From assembly GCA_964458565.1 (NCBI GenBank), contig CAYWJO010000037.1:1-34598 (forward strand): DNA of 34,598 bases, given 5' to 3'. A program made the position numbers and the translations under genes. The notes beneath the pieces were generated by a model. That model did no database searches. It saw only the letters and a list, made by a program, of their open reading frames with translations, and was not told the DNA's origin. Shown in pieces: positions 1 to 8,475 of the stretch. Each line of letters opens with the position of its first letter. Within the stretch, counting starts at the first letter, position 1. Source of the DNA: an uncultured archaeon. GTDB taxonomy: Archaea > Asgardarchaeota > Thorarchaeia > Thorarchaeales > Thorarchaeaceae.

Positions 1-1893
1 CACCTGAAGAACATCAGACCATGAAAATGGTTGACTTGATGGGGATGTTGAGGTAGGTGTAGATGTTTCTGGGGGTGATGTAATGACAGATTCCGTGGTG
101 ATATAGGTTGTATCAAAAGTTGATGTATCGTAAGTAGAGCTTTCAAATGGTGTACTGCTGTAGGGATGGCTGTATGTTGATTGTGACCAAGGAACACAAC
201 AAGGATTATAGCTGTAGAAGTACTCAGGATTGAATGTAAGCTCACAGAATTCATCATTGACATGATTCGATACATTAAACGGACCAGATGTTACCATTGC
301 ATCAAGAGGGGGATTAGGGTTCGTTGTATTCCAATTGTCTAATCCTATTGAGAGGTATACATGTTTTGGGATGATAGGTTTGTAACCAACTGAATGAAGA
401 TACCAATATGACTCTGAATTGAACTCAATAATAACCATATATGTCGTAGGTGCATAGGCTGCTGTCATATCTACAAGACCTGCACTATAGGGATTCCCAG
501 GTGAATCACGATAATAGTTTAGAGTATAGGCTACATCTTCACCTGTAATAGGCATTCCATCTGACCAAGTTGCATTTGTAATCATATTGAAAGAAAAGCG
601 AGTATATCCAATCGGTACTGACGGATTATCATCATGTGTTTCTACGGTATAACTATCTGCCAACCAGAGAATAGCATTACCTTCAGAATCAGTCTTAATC
701 AAGCTGTCATAAAGCATTTGTAATATACTCATGGAATAACTAGAGGATGAGATCATAAAATTGAATGTATCGAGATCAAGCGGATTACTCCAACGTAGCG
801 TACCACCCCAAGGTGCACCAGATTCACCTACTTTAAGATGAACTTTATAGTTGGTCCACCAAGAAGCGATTCCGTCATTTATATCATTAACAAATCCATC
901 AAACTTGTCAGTACGATAAGCAGATAGCAATATGTCTTCGTAACATACTATCATAGGGCAAGCATGAACCCATATCTTCTGCATCTCAAAGGCTGCCTCA
1001 TATAATTCAGCATATGAGGTTCCATAAAGCAACTGGTTTCTCCAGCTATCAAATGTTGCATTCATCCATCCAGGCCAGTTCCAGTAATCTTCATAGGCAT
1101 ATTCAGACCAGAATTCATAGGCTAACCAATCAACATCAAAATTATTGAATGAACTTGAGTAGAACATAATATCATAGTTACTATAATAGGAACGCCAATT
1201 AGGAAGTCCCTGATAATAATCAGTAGGTTCATGATTTCCAAGTATGTGAAGGTTATCCAATGCGTCCTGTATAATTTCACCTACTCCGAAAGCAATTTCT
1301 GATGAATATGGAGTTGTTATAGTTAGATAAAATGGGTCACCCTGAGGGGTTAGACGATAACCATCTGGATGAATAACAAAACCTGCTGCATCTAGTAACT
1401 GATTTCCTTCTTCCACCTTTGCTTCATAATAATTGTAATCAAGAAGACCCTCACATGAAAATGGATTAATAGCAGGTATGCATGAGTCTTGTGGTACTGA
1501 GAGGCCGTTCAATACATCATCTGAAATGGCCTGTTTATCTAGTGCAAATGCGATAGCTCGACGAAGAGCTGTGTTATTCAGTGGATTCTTTTGAGTATTC
1601 AGAGTCAAGAAACCATAGCCATTTCTCATTATATTCGTGACCTCAATGTTCTCAGCCACTTCAAGTGTTCCCAAATGAGCTGGATCTATTATATCCCCGA
1701 TTAAATCGACTTCATCATTCAACAAAGCAAGAATTTGTTGATCATCTTGCGGAATTACATTATATACTATCTTTTCGATGTATGGTCCTGTCTTTTTTCC
1801 CCCAGGTAGGACGTATTGTGAATCTACGTCTGTAACACCAAATGAAAGTGTTAGTGATATGACGATGAAACACAAGACCAATTTCCTAGACAT
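1..1893 (-). CDS. ABC transporter family-5 (Opp/Dpp-like) substrate-binding protein, permuted archaeal type; 3' end runs off the window
   Basis: Absent from the ORF track because it has no stop in the window. Manual translation from ATG 1893 gives MSRKLVLCFIVISLTLSFGVTDVDSQYVLPGGKKTGPYIEKIVYNVIPQDDQQILALLNDEVDLIGD...NGYGFLTLNTQKNPLNNTALRRAIAFALDK, and it ends in a Ser/Thr-rich linker (...TPTSTSPSSQPFSWSDVLQV). Colinear paralog of 4595..6571. Confidence 0.9.
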   Translation of the reverse strand, partial: MSRKLVLCFIVISLTLSFGVTDVDSQYVLPGGKKTGPYIEKIVYNVIPQDDQQILALLNDEVDLIGDIIDPAHLGTLEVAENIEVTNIMRNGYGFLTLNTQKNPLNNTALRRAIAFALDKQAISDDVLNGLSVPQDSCIPAINPFSCEGLLDYNYYEAKVEEGNQLLDAAGFVIHPDGYRLTPQGDPFYLTITTPYSSEIAFGVGEIIQDALDNLHILGNHEPTDYYQGLPNWRSYYSNYDIMFYSSSFNNFDVDWLAYEFWSEYAYEDYWNWPGWMNATFDSWRNQLLYGTSYAELYEAAFEMQKIWVHACPMIVCYEDILLSAYRTDKFDGFVNDINDGIASWWTNYKVHLKVGESGAPWGGTLRWSNPLDLDTFNFMISSSSYSMSILQMLYDSLIKTDSEGNAILWLADSYTVETHDDNPSVPIGYTRFSFNMITNATWSDGMPITGEDVAYTLNYYRDSPGNPYSAGLVDMTAAYAPTTYMVIIEFNSESYWYLHSVGYKPIIPKHVYLSIGLDNWNTTNPNPPLDAMVTSGPFNVSNHVNDEFCELTFNPEYFYSYNPCCVPWSQSTYSHPYSSTPFESSTYDTSTFDTTYITTESVITSPPETSTPTSTSPSSQPFSWSDVLQV

Positions 1894-2011
1894 GGAATCG
1901 CCCTAAGTTATATTTCCAATACGACACCTATAATTTCTTGTGTATTTTGAAATACATTGATTAGTCACATTAGGAACACTTTAGTTAGGAATACAATGTC
2001 AGTTTGATGAA

Positions 2012-2914
2012 ATGCAGACAACAGCTGAGATGATTCTTGGAGTTGCTATAGGTCTATTTACAGCCTTTCTCTGGGGAATATCTACAAATATATACAAATC
2101 CCAAAGTGATGATGCCTCTCCTCTATCAATCTCAGCTATCAAAATGTGGTTATCTGGCATTTTCATGACATTCTTAGTGATTCTCCCATTTAGAACAACA
2201 CCATTCTATGTTCCACTTGAATCACTTTTCTTCCTCGTTGCTTCAGTCACAATTGGATTGGTTGTTGGAGACCTTGTATACTTGATTGGTCAAGAAAGGA
2301 TAGGAGTTTCTTACGCATTTCCAATAGCAAACATCTATCCGATCACTACATACTTCATCGCAATCTTCCTTGTTGGTGAGGAGCTCATCATTACTCGGTT
2401 CTTTGGTGTTATTTTGGCTATCATAGGTGTTGGTCTAATTTCCAATGCTCAACAAAAAGGGAATCGGAATGAAATAGGATTTAAGACCGATTTCATTGGG
2501 ATAGGTCTTGCACTAGTTGCTGCATTATGCTGGTCAATTGGTAGTGTATTCTTACAGATTGGAGTCACGGGAATTGATCCAATCGATGCCAATTTCGTTC
2601 GAATGATGTTTGGTTCGTCGATTATGATACCACTCTTCTTTGCTGCCCGAAATAGAGGAATGGAAACTCCTCCCAGAAAATCGATTAGGATTATCCTGAT
2701 AGGAGGATTTCTTGGAATGACGCTTGGATCACTCCTTTACACTTATTCTGTGAATTTCATTGGTGCTGCGGTTTCATCTGTGCTTGGTTCGACTGCTCCA
2801 TTATTTGCATTGCCTATCTCTATTTTAATTCTTAAGGAGAAATATACACTGCAATCTCTTCTCGGTGCTATCTTGACAGTGAGCGGTGTTATTCTAGTCG
2901 TTACTGCTCTCTAG
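2012..2914 (+). CDS. DMT/EamA family transporter
   Basis: 300 aa, about 10 TM segments in two EamA repeats (GVSYAFPIANIYP...LVGE; GAAVSSVLGSTAPLFALPISILILKEK). Confidence 0.9.
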   Translation: MQTTAEMILGVAIGLFTAFLWGISTNIYKSQSDDASPLSISAIKMWLSGIFMTFLVILPFRTTPFYVPLESLFFLVASVTIGLVVGDLVYLIGQERIGVSYAFPIANIYPITTYFIAIFLVGEELIITRFFGVILAIIGVGLISNAQQKGNRNEIGFKTDFIGIGLALVAALCWSIGSVFLQIGVTGIDPIDANFVRMMFGSSIMIPLFFAARNRGMETPPRKSIRIILIGGFLGMTLGSLLYTYSVNFIGAAVSSVLGSTAPLFALPISILILKEKYTLQSLLGAILTVSGVILVVTAL

Positions 2915-4513
2915 ACACTTTTTCTCAATTCGCATCAAGCGAGTTGAGTATGAGGTCTTTCCAAAAGGTTGAGTTATGTGTGCGTCTTTCAATGCCTTCA
3001 GAGCTTTGGTCAAGTCAGGACTCTCTTTACACCCCTTCATATCAATCTCGATCTCTCCACGTCGTTTAATCACATATTGTACTGAGAACAGAATACCTGA
3101 AAACATGAGGTACGCGACAAATGCAAACCCGAAGATTGTGAATCGCTCTTCGAAAGATGCTACTGTTGGTGATAGAAATGCATACAGCATAGATATAGCT
3201 AGAAATAGTACAAGGAATGAAACAGCATACTTAGCATACCGATCTTGTTTTTTCTGAAAGAGCGTCCGTTCAACGTCTGTTTTGATGAATGAAGTAAGTG
3301 TTTGCGTATTAGTTAGAACCTCAAGAATTGGTGGAGAAATTGTATAGATTATATTATCACGATTTTCATCAATCACGTTGATAATAATCTCATCATTTGG
3401 TAATCTATCTGAACGCACAATAAGACCTCGAAGAATCGCAGTACTGCGGAATGATTCTTCAATTTGTATACTTCTAGAATCCTGAAACTCATCAGTAGTA
3501 TCTCTGGGTTTGCGCATCATTTTCCATATTTTGTAGATTGGCCATGAGACGAAAACTATCAGGAAAACTGCTCCAGCAATAATAATTGAAAATAGAATTG
3601 GCATTAGGTGTCCTAGAACGGGAGACACCCCATAGGCAATGTATAGGATTGGGAGCGATATGAGTAAAGAGATAAATGAGATCACAAACGCGGTTTTCAT
3701 AGCTTTTCGCTTTTCGTTTCTAATATCGGAATCTGATTCATTTGAAAGCATGTCATCCAACATTGCCTGAGACGAAGAGATACCTCCAAAAACCTGCATT
3801 CTTGCTGCGATTGGAGGAATACCATAAAGCTCAACGATCTGTTCTTCAGATGTGTCCTTTCGATAACAGAATACTATAGGTAGAATAAACATCATCGATA
3901 CAAAAATGATGGCTGTGAGAATGATAATTGAGAAACCATTTGTAATGAAAAAGTCAAAATCAAGGACTTGGATAAAGAAGATTCCACCCTCAACGACGCT
4001 ATAAAATGTAAATATGATTGCGCCTTTGAGTAAATTCCAAAGCACACTCTCCCGTGATATCCTGAGTATAGTTTCAGCCAATACAACCTTTGCCATTTCT
4101 GGATGCTTCAATAAATCATGAATTGCGCTCTCAGAGAATAAAATTGCAGTGAATAATATGTTAGATGTATGTGAGTAGATACTTCTATCACTAGAACGGA
4201 GCCATACTTGGATTGGCTTAAAATACTCCATGTCAGTGACAACTGACTTCAGCAACACATCCAGTTCTTCCTGAGTATATGGATTATTGAAACGTCTAAA
4301 TTTGAGATAGTATACACATATTTGAAATCCAGTTCCTAATAGAAATGATAAGAAAATCCAAATGAAGAAATCCTTGTATGGATCAAAGAAAATGATTGAT
4401 AGAATCACCCATGGAATCGCAAGTATAAGATACCCCGAAGTTCCATCGCTTCCAAACAGGGGAACTGATTTATCATCAAAGAGACCAAGTGTTGTTTCTG
4501 ACTCTGGACACAT
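2894..4513 (-). CDS. Multi-pass membrane protein with two degenerate M48/HtpX-like repeats lacking HExxH
   Basis: 539 aa. ILFSESAIHDLLKHPEMAKVVLAETILRI and RRGEIEID...DLTKALKAL...SYSTRLMRIE resemble M48 peptidase motifs by eye; no HExxH is present. Confidence 0.6.
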   Translation of the reverse strand: MCPESETTLGLFDDKSVPLFGSDGTSGYLILAIPWVILSIIFFDPYKDFFIWIFLSFLLGTGFQICVYYLKFRRFNNPYTQEELDVLLKSVVTDMEYFKPIQVWLRSSDRSIYSHTSNILFTAILFSESAIHDLLKHPEMAKVVLAETILRISRESVLWNLLKGAIIFTFYSVVEGGIFFIQVLDFDFFITNGFSIIILTAIIFVSMMFILPIVFCYRKDTSEEQIVELYGIPPIAARMQVFGGISSSQAMLDDMLSNESDSDIRNEKRKAMKTAFVISFISLLISLPILYIAYGVSPVLGHLMPILFSIIIAGAVFLIVFVSWPIYKIWKMMRKPRDTTDEFQDSRSIQIEESFRSTAILRGLIVRSDRLPNDEIIINVIDENRDNIIYTISPPILEVLTNTQTLTSFIKTDVERTLFQKKQDRYAKYAVSFLVLFLAISMLYAFLSPTVASFEERFTIFGFAFVAYLMFSGILFSVQYVIKRRGEIEIDMKGCKESPDLTKALKALKDAHITQPFGKTSYSTRLMRIEKKCLESSND

Positions 4514-4594
4514 TTCTCCAGTTCCCCATCTGAACCGGTGTGAAACACTCTTTTAATAATAATGCATAATAGATATTTGTCTACTAAATGAAAA

Positions 4595-6571
4595 TCAACT
4601 AGTCCTGTTTTTTATAATTAAAATGCTAAAAACCACAATGACCGCAAGTGAGCCTAGAGTTACTGCAAACCCAAGATAGGTTGCTAATTGGGTCCATTGG
4701 TCTGTTGTAAGAGTGTTCTCAGTTGAAGGTAAGGAACTGGCTATGGATGTTTCACTGATTGAAATTGTGTGGGTGGTTGTGAATTCCATCGTAGTGAAGG
4801 TTTCAGAAGTGAATGTGGAACATATACTGCCGCAGCAGGGGAAACATGGCCATTTTTCCTCACGCTCAATCATAAAGAAATAATCCGGATAAAATGTAAG
4901 TTCTATATATTCACCCGCCACATAATCTGTTATGTTGAAAGGTCCGGAAGTGACCATTTCTTCGGATACGGGCTGAGGATTCCAAGTATTCCAATTCTCA
5001 ATTCCAATGTCTAGAAATACGTGTTTTGGAATTATGGGTTTGTAGGCAACTGAATTTAAATGCCAAAATGACTCAGAATCGAATTCTACTATTATACGAA
5101 ACTGTGTTGGAGCATAAGCTGAAACCATCTCTGACAAACTAGCTCCATATGGATTGCCAGGTGCATCTCTATAATAATTCAATGAGTATGCAATATCCGC
5201 TCCTGTAAGTGGTGTACCATCCGTCCAGGTTGCGTTGTCGATGATATCAAAAGTGAAGCGAGTATGACCAATTGGAACAGAGGGATTATCCAAATGAGTC
5301 TCGGCAATGTAATTCGTTGCTAACCACAACATATCATTCCCTTGAGAATCAGTCCTCATTAGACTATCATAGAGCATTTGAAGGGAATTCATTGTATACG
5401 CAGACTGCGAAGTCATGAAATTGAAAGATTCTAAATCTAGACCATTGCTCCAACGGAATTCACCCCCCCAAGGAGCACCAGGTTCACTTGGCATGAGGTG
5501 CACCTTATAGTTTGTCCACCAACATGGTATTCCACGTGAATAATCACTCACGAATCCGGTAAATTTGTCAGTGCGATACGCGGAGAAAATACTATTCTCG
5601 TAACAGATAATCGCTGGCGATGAATGTACCCAGATCTCCTGCATGGCGTATGATGCATCTAAGACATCCTCATAACTGGTTGCATGAAGCAATTGGTCAA
5701 TCCAACCATCGAAACTTGCATTGCTCCAATTTGGCAAATTAATGTAAACTTCATCAACATAATTTGTACCGTATTCACGAGCAATCCATGTGATATCAAA
5801 CGTTTCGAAGGTTGTTCCCAGAAACGCCATGTCATAGTCTCCATGGAAATACAACCGCTGAAGAATATCACTACAGAAACAAAGATTCTCAAGAGTTATA
5901 TTCAATCCAATCCCAGTCATATCTGACACAAACTGATCACAAACCAAAATAGCAATATTTGATGATAGTGCAGGTTCCAAGAGTATTGACAGATCTGACC
6001 CATCAGGGCATTCTCGAAAACCATCCTCATCGATATCAGTGAATCCTGCGATATCCAACAGGTGATTGGCATAATCATAATTTGCATCGTAATAGTCGTA
6101 ATCAAGTTGGCCTTCAATTGAGTAGGGATTTGTCTTTGGTAATAACGAATCCTGAGGTTCAGAATAATCTTGCCATATCGTTTCACTCACATGTATCTTA
6201 TCGAATGCGAAAGCACAAGCTCTCCTGAATTCTGTAATGTTAAAGGGATATTTTGCACAATTGATTAGTATATAGCCATAGCCATTACGTGGGATGCTAT
6301 CTACTTGGATATATTCTGCTGATTCTAGAATTGGTAGATACATTGGGTCAAACATATCTCCAATCAGGTCAATTTCATTATTTTGTAATGCAAGAACTTG
6401 TTGGTCGTCACCTACTATGACTTTGTAGACGAGCTTATCAACGTAAGGCCCGTTTTTTGGGCCTGCAGGAACTATGAACTGTGCATTTACTTGTGTTGGG
6501 AAATATGAGTAACAGATAAGCAATGCCACAGTCAATAAGACAACTCGTCTTTTCACACCAATCTCCTTCAT
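4595..6571 (-). CDS. ABC transporter family-5 substrate-binding protein with signal peptide, Ser/Thr linker and C-terminal TM anchor
   Basis: Motifs PFNITEFRRACAFAFDK, ANHLLDIAGF, LYDSLMRTD, WTDGTPLTGADIAYS, TSGPF; hydrophobic N- and C-termini. Confidence 0.9.
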   Translation of the reverse strand: MKEIGVKRRVVLLTVALLICYSYFPTQVNAQFIVPAGPKNGPYVDKLVYKVIVGDDQQVLALQNNEIDLIGDMFDPMYLPILESAEYIQVDSIPRNGYGYILINCAKYPFNITEFRRACAFAFDKIHVSETIWQDYSEPQDSLLPKTNPYSIEGQLDYDYYDANYDYANHLLDIAGFTDIDEDGFRECPDGSDLSILLEPALSSNIAILVCDQFVSDMTGIGLNITLENLCFCSDILQRLYFHGDYDMAFLGTTFETFDITWIAREYGTNYVDEVYINLPNWSNASFDGWIDQLLHATSYEDVLDASYAMQEIWVHSSPAIICYENSIFSAYRTDKFTGFVSDYSRGIPCWWTNYKVHLMPSEPGAPWGGEFRWSNGLDLESFNFMTSQSAYTMNSLQMLYDSLMRTDSQGNDMLWLATNYIAETHLDNPSVPIGHTRFTFDIIDNATWTDGTPLTGADIAYSLNYYRDAPGNPYGASLSEMVSAYAPTQFRIIVEFDSESFWHLNSVAYKPIIPKHVFLDIGIENWNTWNPQPVSEEMVTSGPFNITDYVAGEYIELTFYPDYFFMIEREEKWPCFPCCGSICSTFTSETFTTMEFTTTHTISISETSIASSLPSTENTLTTDQWTQLATYLGFAVTLGSLAVIVVFSILIIKNRTS

Positions 6572-6631
6572 TTGGGTAGAGGTAATTTGATGTAAAGATT
6601 GTTGTGTTTCTTAATATACATAAAGAAGAAG

Positions 6632-6702
6632 AAGATAGGGCTTTCGCATCTTGTTTCTGAGAGGGAGTGAAGGAACTCTCCCTCTCAGTTTTGATGCGAC
6701 AT
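6632..6702 (-). other. 3'-UTR stem-loop of the small ORF (possible terminator or stability element)
   Basis: Perfect 11-bp stem 6657-6667/6678-6688 nested in a 7-bp stem 6644-6650/6693-6699. It starts a few nt after the stop codon (6707-6709) and is followed on the minus strand by a pyrimidine run (CTTCTTCTTCTTT). Confidence 0.75.
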
Positions 6703-6706
6703 ATTT

Positions 6707-6907
6707 TTACCGATAGTATGTACTTCTTGTTTCAATAAGCGCCCTATCTTTTACTCGATTGAATTCTTTCTCAGCTTCATAACCTGCTTGTATGCATCGC
6801 TGATAGTGAGCGAGATCAACGTATGCTCGTTTCTTTCTTTCGCTTACGTAACTCTCAACTTGTGCAGCAACTCGTCCAATTATCGGTATTGATTTTAATT
6901 CCATCAT
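6707..6907 (-). CDS. Small hypothetical protein (66 aa; in-frame upstream ATG at 6961 would give 84 aa)
   Basis: GTGTGTGAT RBS-like motif precedes ATGATG at 6907. Product MMELKSIPIIGRVAAQVESYVSERKKRAYVDLAHYQRCIQAGYEAEKEFNRVKDRALIETRSTYYR looks helical and charged; the ORF is flanked by structured UTRs. Confidence 0.65.
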   Translation of the reverse strand: MMELKSIPIIGRVAAQVESYVSERKKRAYVDLAHYQRCIQAGYEAEKEFNRVKDRALIETRSTYYR

Positions 6908-6923
6908 TTTTATCACACACTTT

Positions 6924-6998
6924 TTTTGAACAAAAGAGAGTAACCAAAGAATGGCAATCATGTCGCATCTGCTATTCGAGTTACCTCTTTTATCAAAA
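6924..6998 (-). promoter_or_regulatory. Long 5'-leader hairpin upstream of the small ORF
   Basis: Minus strand: TTTTGA-T-AAAAGAG-GTAAC-TC-GAAT-A-GCA-[GATGCGACATGAT]-TGC-C-ATTC-TTTG-GTTAC-T-CTCTTTT-GT-TCAAAA, about 25 bp of interrupted stem. Confidence 0.7.
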
Positions 6999-7216
6999 TG
7001 TAAGAATTAACGGCAACTATATCACATCAGTATGCCATTGTTTTTACACAATGAAAATTATGGCAAGTATATATATAAATGTTATTGCCTACGCTGTTAT
7101 TGCTTTGAGGTTGCCATAGAAATAACTAATTGCAAAAAGCGGTAGTATTATATTTAAGTACCATTGCCAATATTTATTATAGTTTAAAAGTTAATAAATC
7201 ATGAGTTGAAGGTAAC

Positions 7217-8302
7217 TTGTTGCTGAAAATAGAATTGGATGACATAGATAAACAAATCTTGAAGGCTATGGAAGAAAATGGTGGAGATCTTTCTACTCGT
7301 GATATCAGCGAGAAATTAAAGGTACCTGCGAGAACAATCCGTTACAGAATCAATAGAATGAGGGAAAATAAATTACTCCTTAAACCATCCATCCAGACCT
7401 ATGAAAGAAAACTCGGAATGGGAGAGAGCCTTCTCTTGCTGCAAAGTTATCCGGATAAGGAAGAGCTTCTCTCAAAGATATTGAATGAATTCTCAATATT
7501 CTATTACTTCGCACCCACCTACGGACGTTTTGAGGGATTCATGGTTTATACGATGTATCCACTTGTTACTCCTCAGATCATCTCCCAAGTTGCTGACGAA
7601 TTGAAAGCACTTGAAATTGTTAGAGATTATTTCATCTTTGACCTTGTTGACTATACACGGCAGGAAGTTAAGATTTCTGCATTCTTTAGTCCAGACTCAT
7701 GGAGCTGGGACGATTGGTCAAATCAGGCTGAAGGTGTGATGGAGAAGGGGTGCAAGCTTCAACTTAACCTTGAAGAATTTCCGTCACAAGTTCCTTTTGA
7801 CTTTGAGGATGTCAAGATCATAAAATATATGGTAGAGAACACAGAAGCCACATTGAAAGAAGTAGCAGACACAACTTCCCTATCACTCACTCAGGTACAT
7901 AAAAGAGTCAAGAGATTGGAGGATACGGGAATAATGAGAGGATGCGGAAAGTGTATGAGCCCATTCGAGGAGTATATGGGCATCACCGTTTTCTTTAACT
8001 CTCGTGAAAAAGCCGAGAATATTCTTTGTGCATTTTCGAAATTTCCGTTTCAAATGACATTCTCCTTGGAAAGCAGTACTCACTATATGGTAACTGTAGG
8101 TCTTCCTGCCAGTGAAGTCAATCAATTTCTACAAAGAACCCGTTTTCTAAAGAAGTACACAAATGAGTTCTTCGTCCAAGTTATGCTTGAAGGTACGAGT
8201 AAGGGGTATGTTCATCTTCTTGAAGCATACAATAAGAAAACTGAAAGCTGGGAGTTACCTCAGACAAAGACTCTTGAAAGAATAAGAACGATGGCAAAAT
8301 AG
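7217..8302 (+). CDS. Lrp/AsnC-family transcriptional regulator with two tandem wHTH + effector-domain modules
   Basis: HTH1 LDDIDKQILKAM...STRDISEKLKVPARTIRYRINRMRE; HTH2 FDFEDVKIIKYM...TLKEVADTTSLSLTQVHKRVKRLEDTG. Confidence 0.85.
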   Translation: MLLKIELDDIDKQILKAMEENGGDLSTRDISEKLKVPARTIRYRINRMRENKLLLKPSIQTYERKLGMGESLLLLQSYPDKEELLSKILNEFSIFYYFAPTYGRFEGFMVYTMYPLVTPQIISQVADELKALEIVRDYFIFDLVDYTRQEVKISAFFSPDSWSWDDWSNQAEGVMEKGCKLQLNLEEFPSQVPFDFEDVKIIKYMVENTEATLKEVADTTSLSLTQVHKRVKRLEDTGIMRGCGKCMSPFEEYMGITVFFNSREKAENILCAFSKFPFQMTFSLESSTHYMVTVGLPASEVNQFLQRTRFLKKYTNEFFVQVMLEGTSKGYVHLLEAYNKKTESWELPQTKTLERIRTMAK

Positions 8303-8475
8303 GTTCTGCATATCTACCATCAGCATTTACTATAACTCACTAGCAAATAGTTATGTTGCCAATAGAGTCTCGGGCTGAACTTCAATGTAGGATTCAATGT
8401 CATCCAATCAATATAGCTAACCATTGCAGCATATTTATAGAGGAACTCGGAATTAAGAACAGGAGGAATGAGAAA

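Noticed and set aside
6446-6464. AGGCCC-N7-GGGCCT hairpin
   Set aside because: Lies within coding sequence and is explained by two Gly-Pro codon pairs (GPKNGP).
6644-6699. 3'-UTR hairpin as a SECIS element
   Set aside because: The upstream ORF has no in-frame TGA and the hairpin lacks the AUGA/GA core.
6632-6998. Retron msr-msd or IS200/IS605 ends as the explanation for the flanking inverted repeats
   Set aside because: No reverse transcriptase, TnpA or TnpB in the window.
6823-7119. 98-aa plus-strand ORF
   Set aside because: Overlaps the better-supported minus-strand ORF, leader hairpin and promoter; no RBS or motif.
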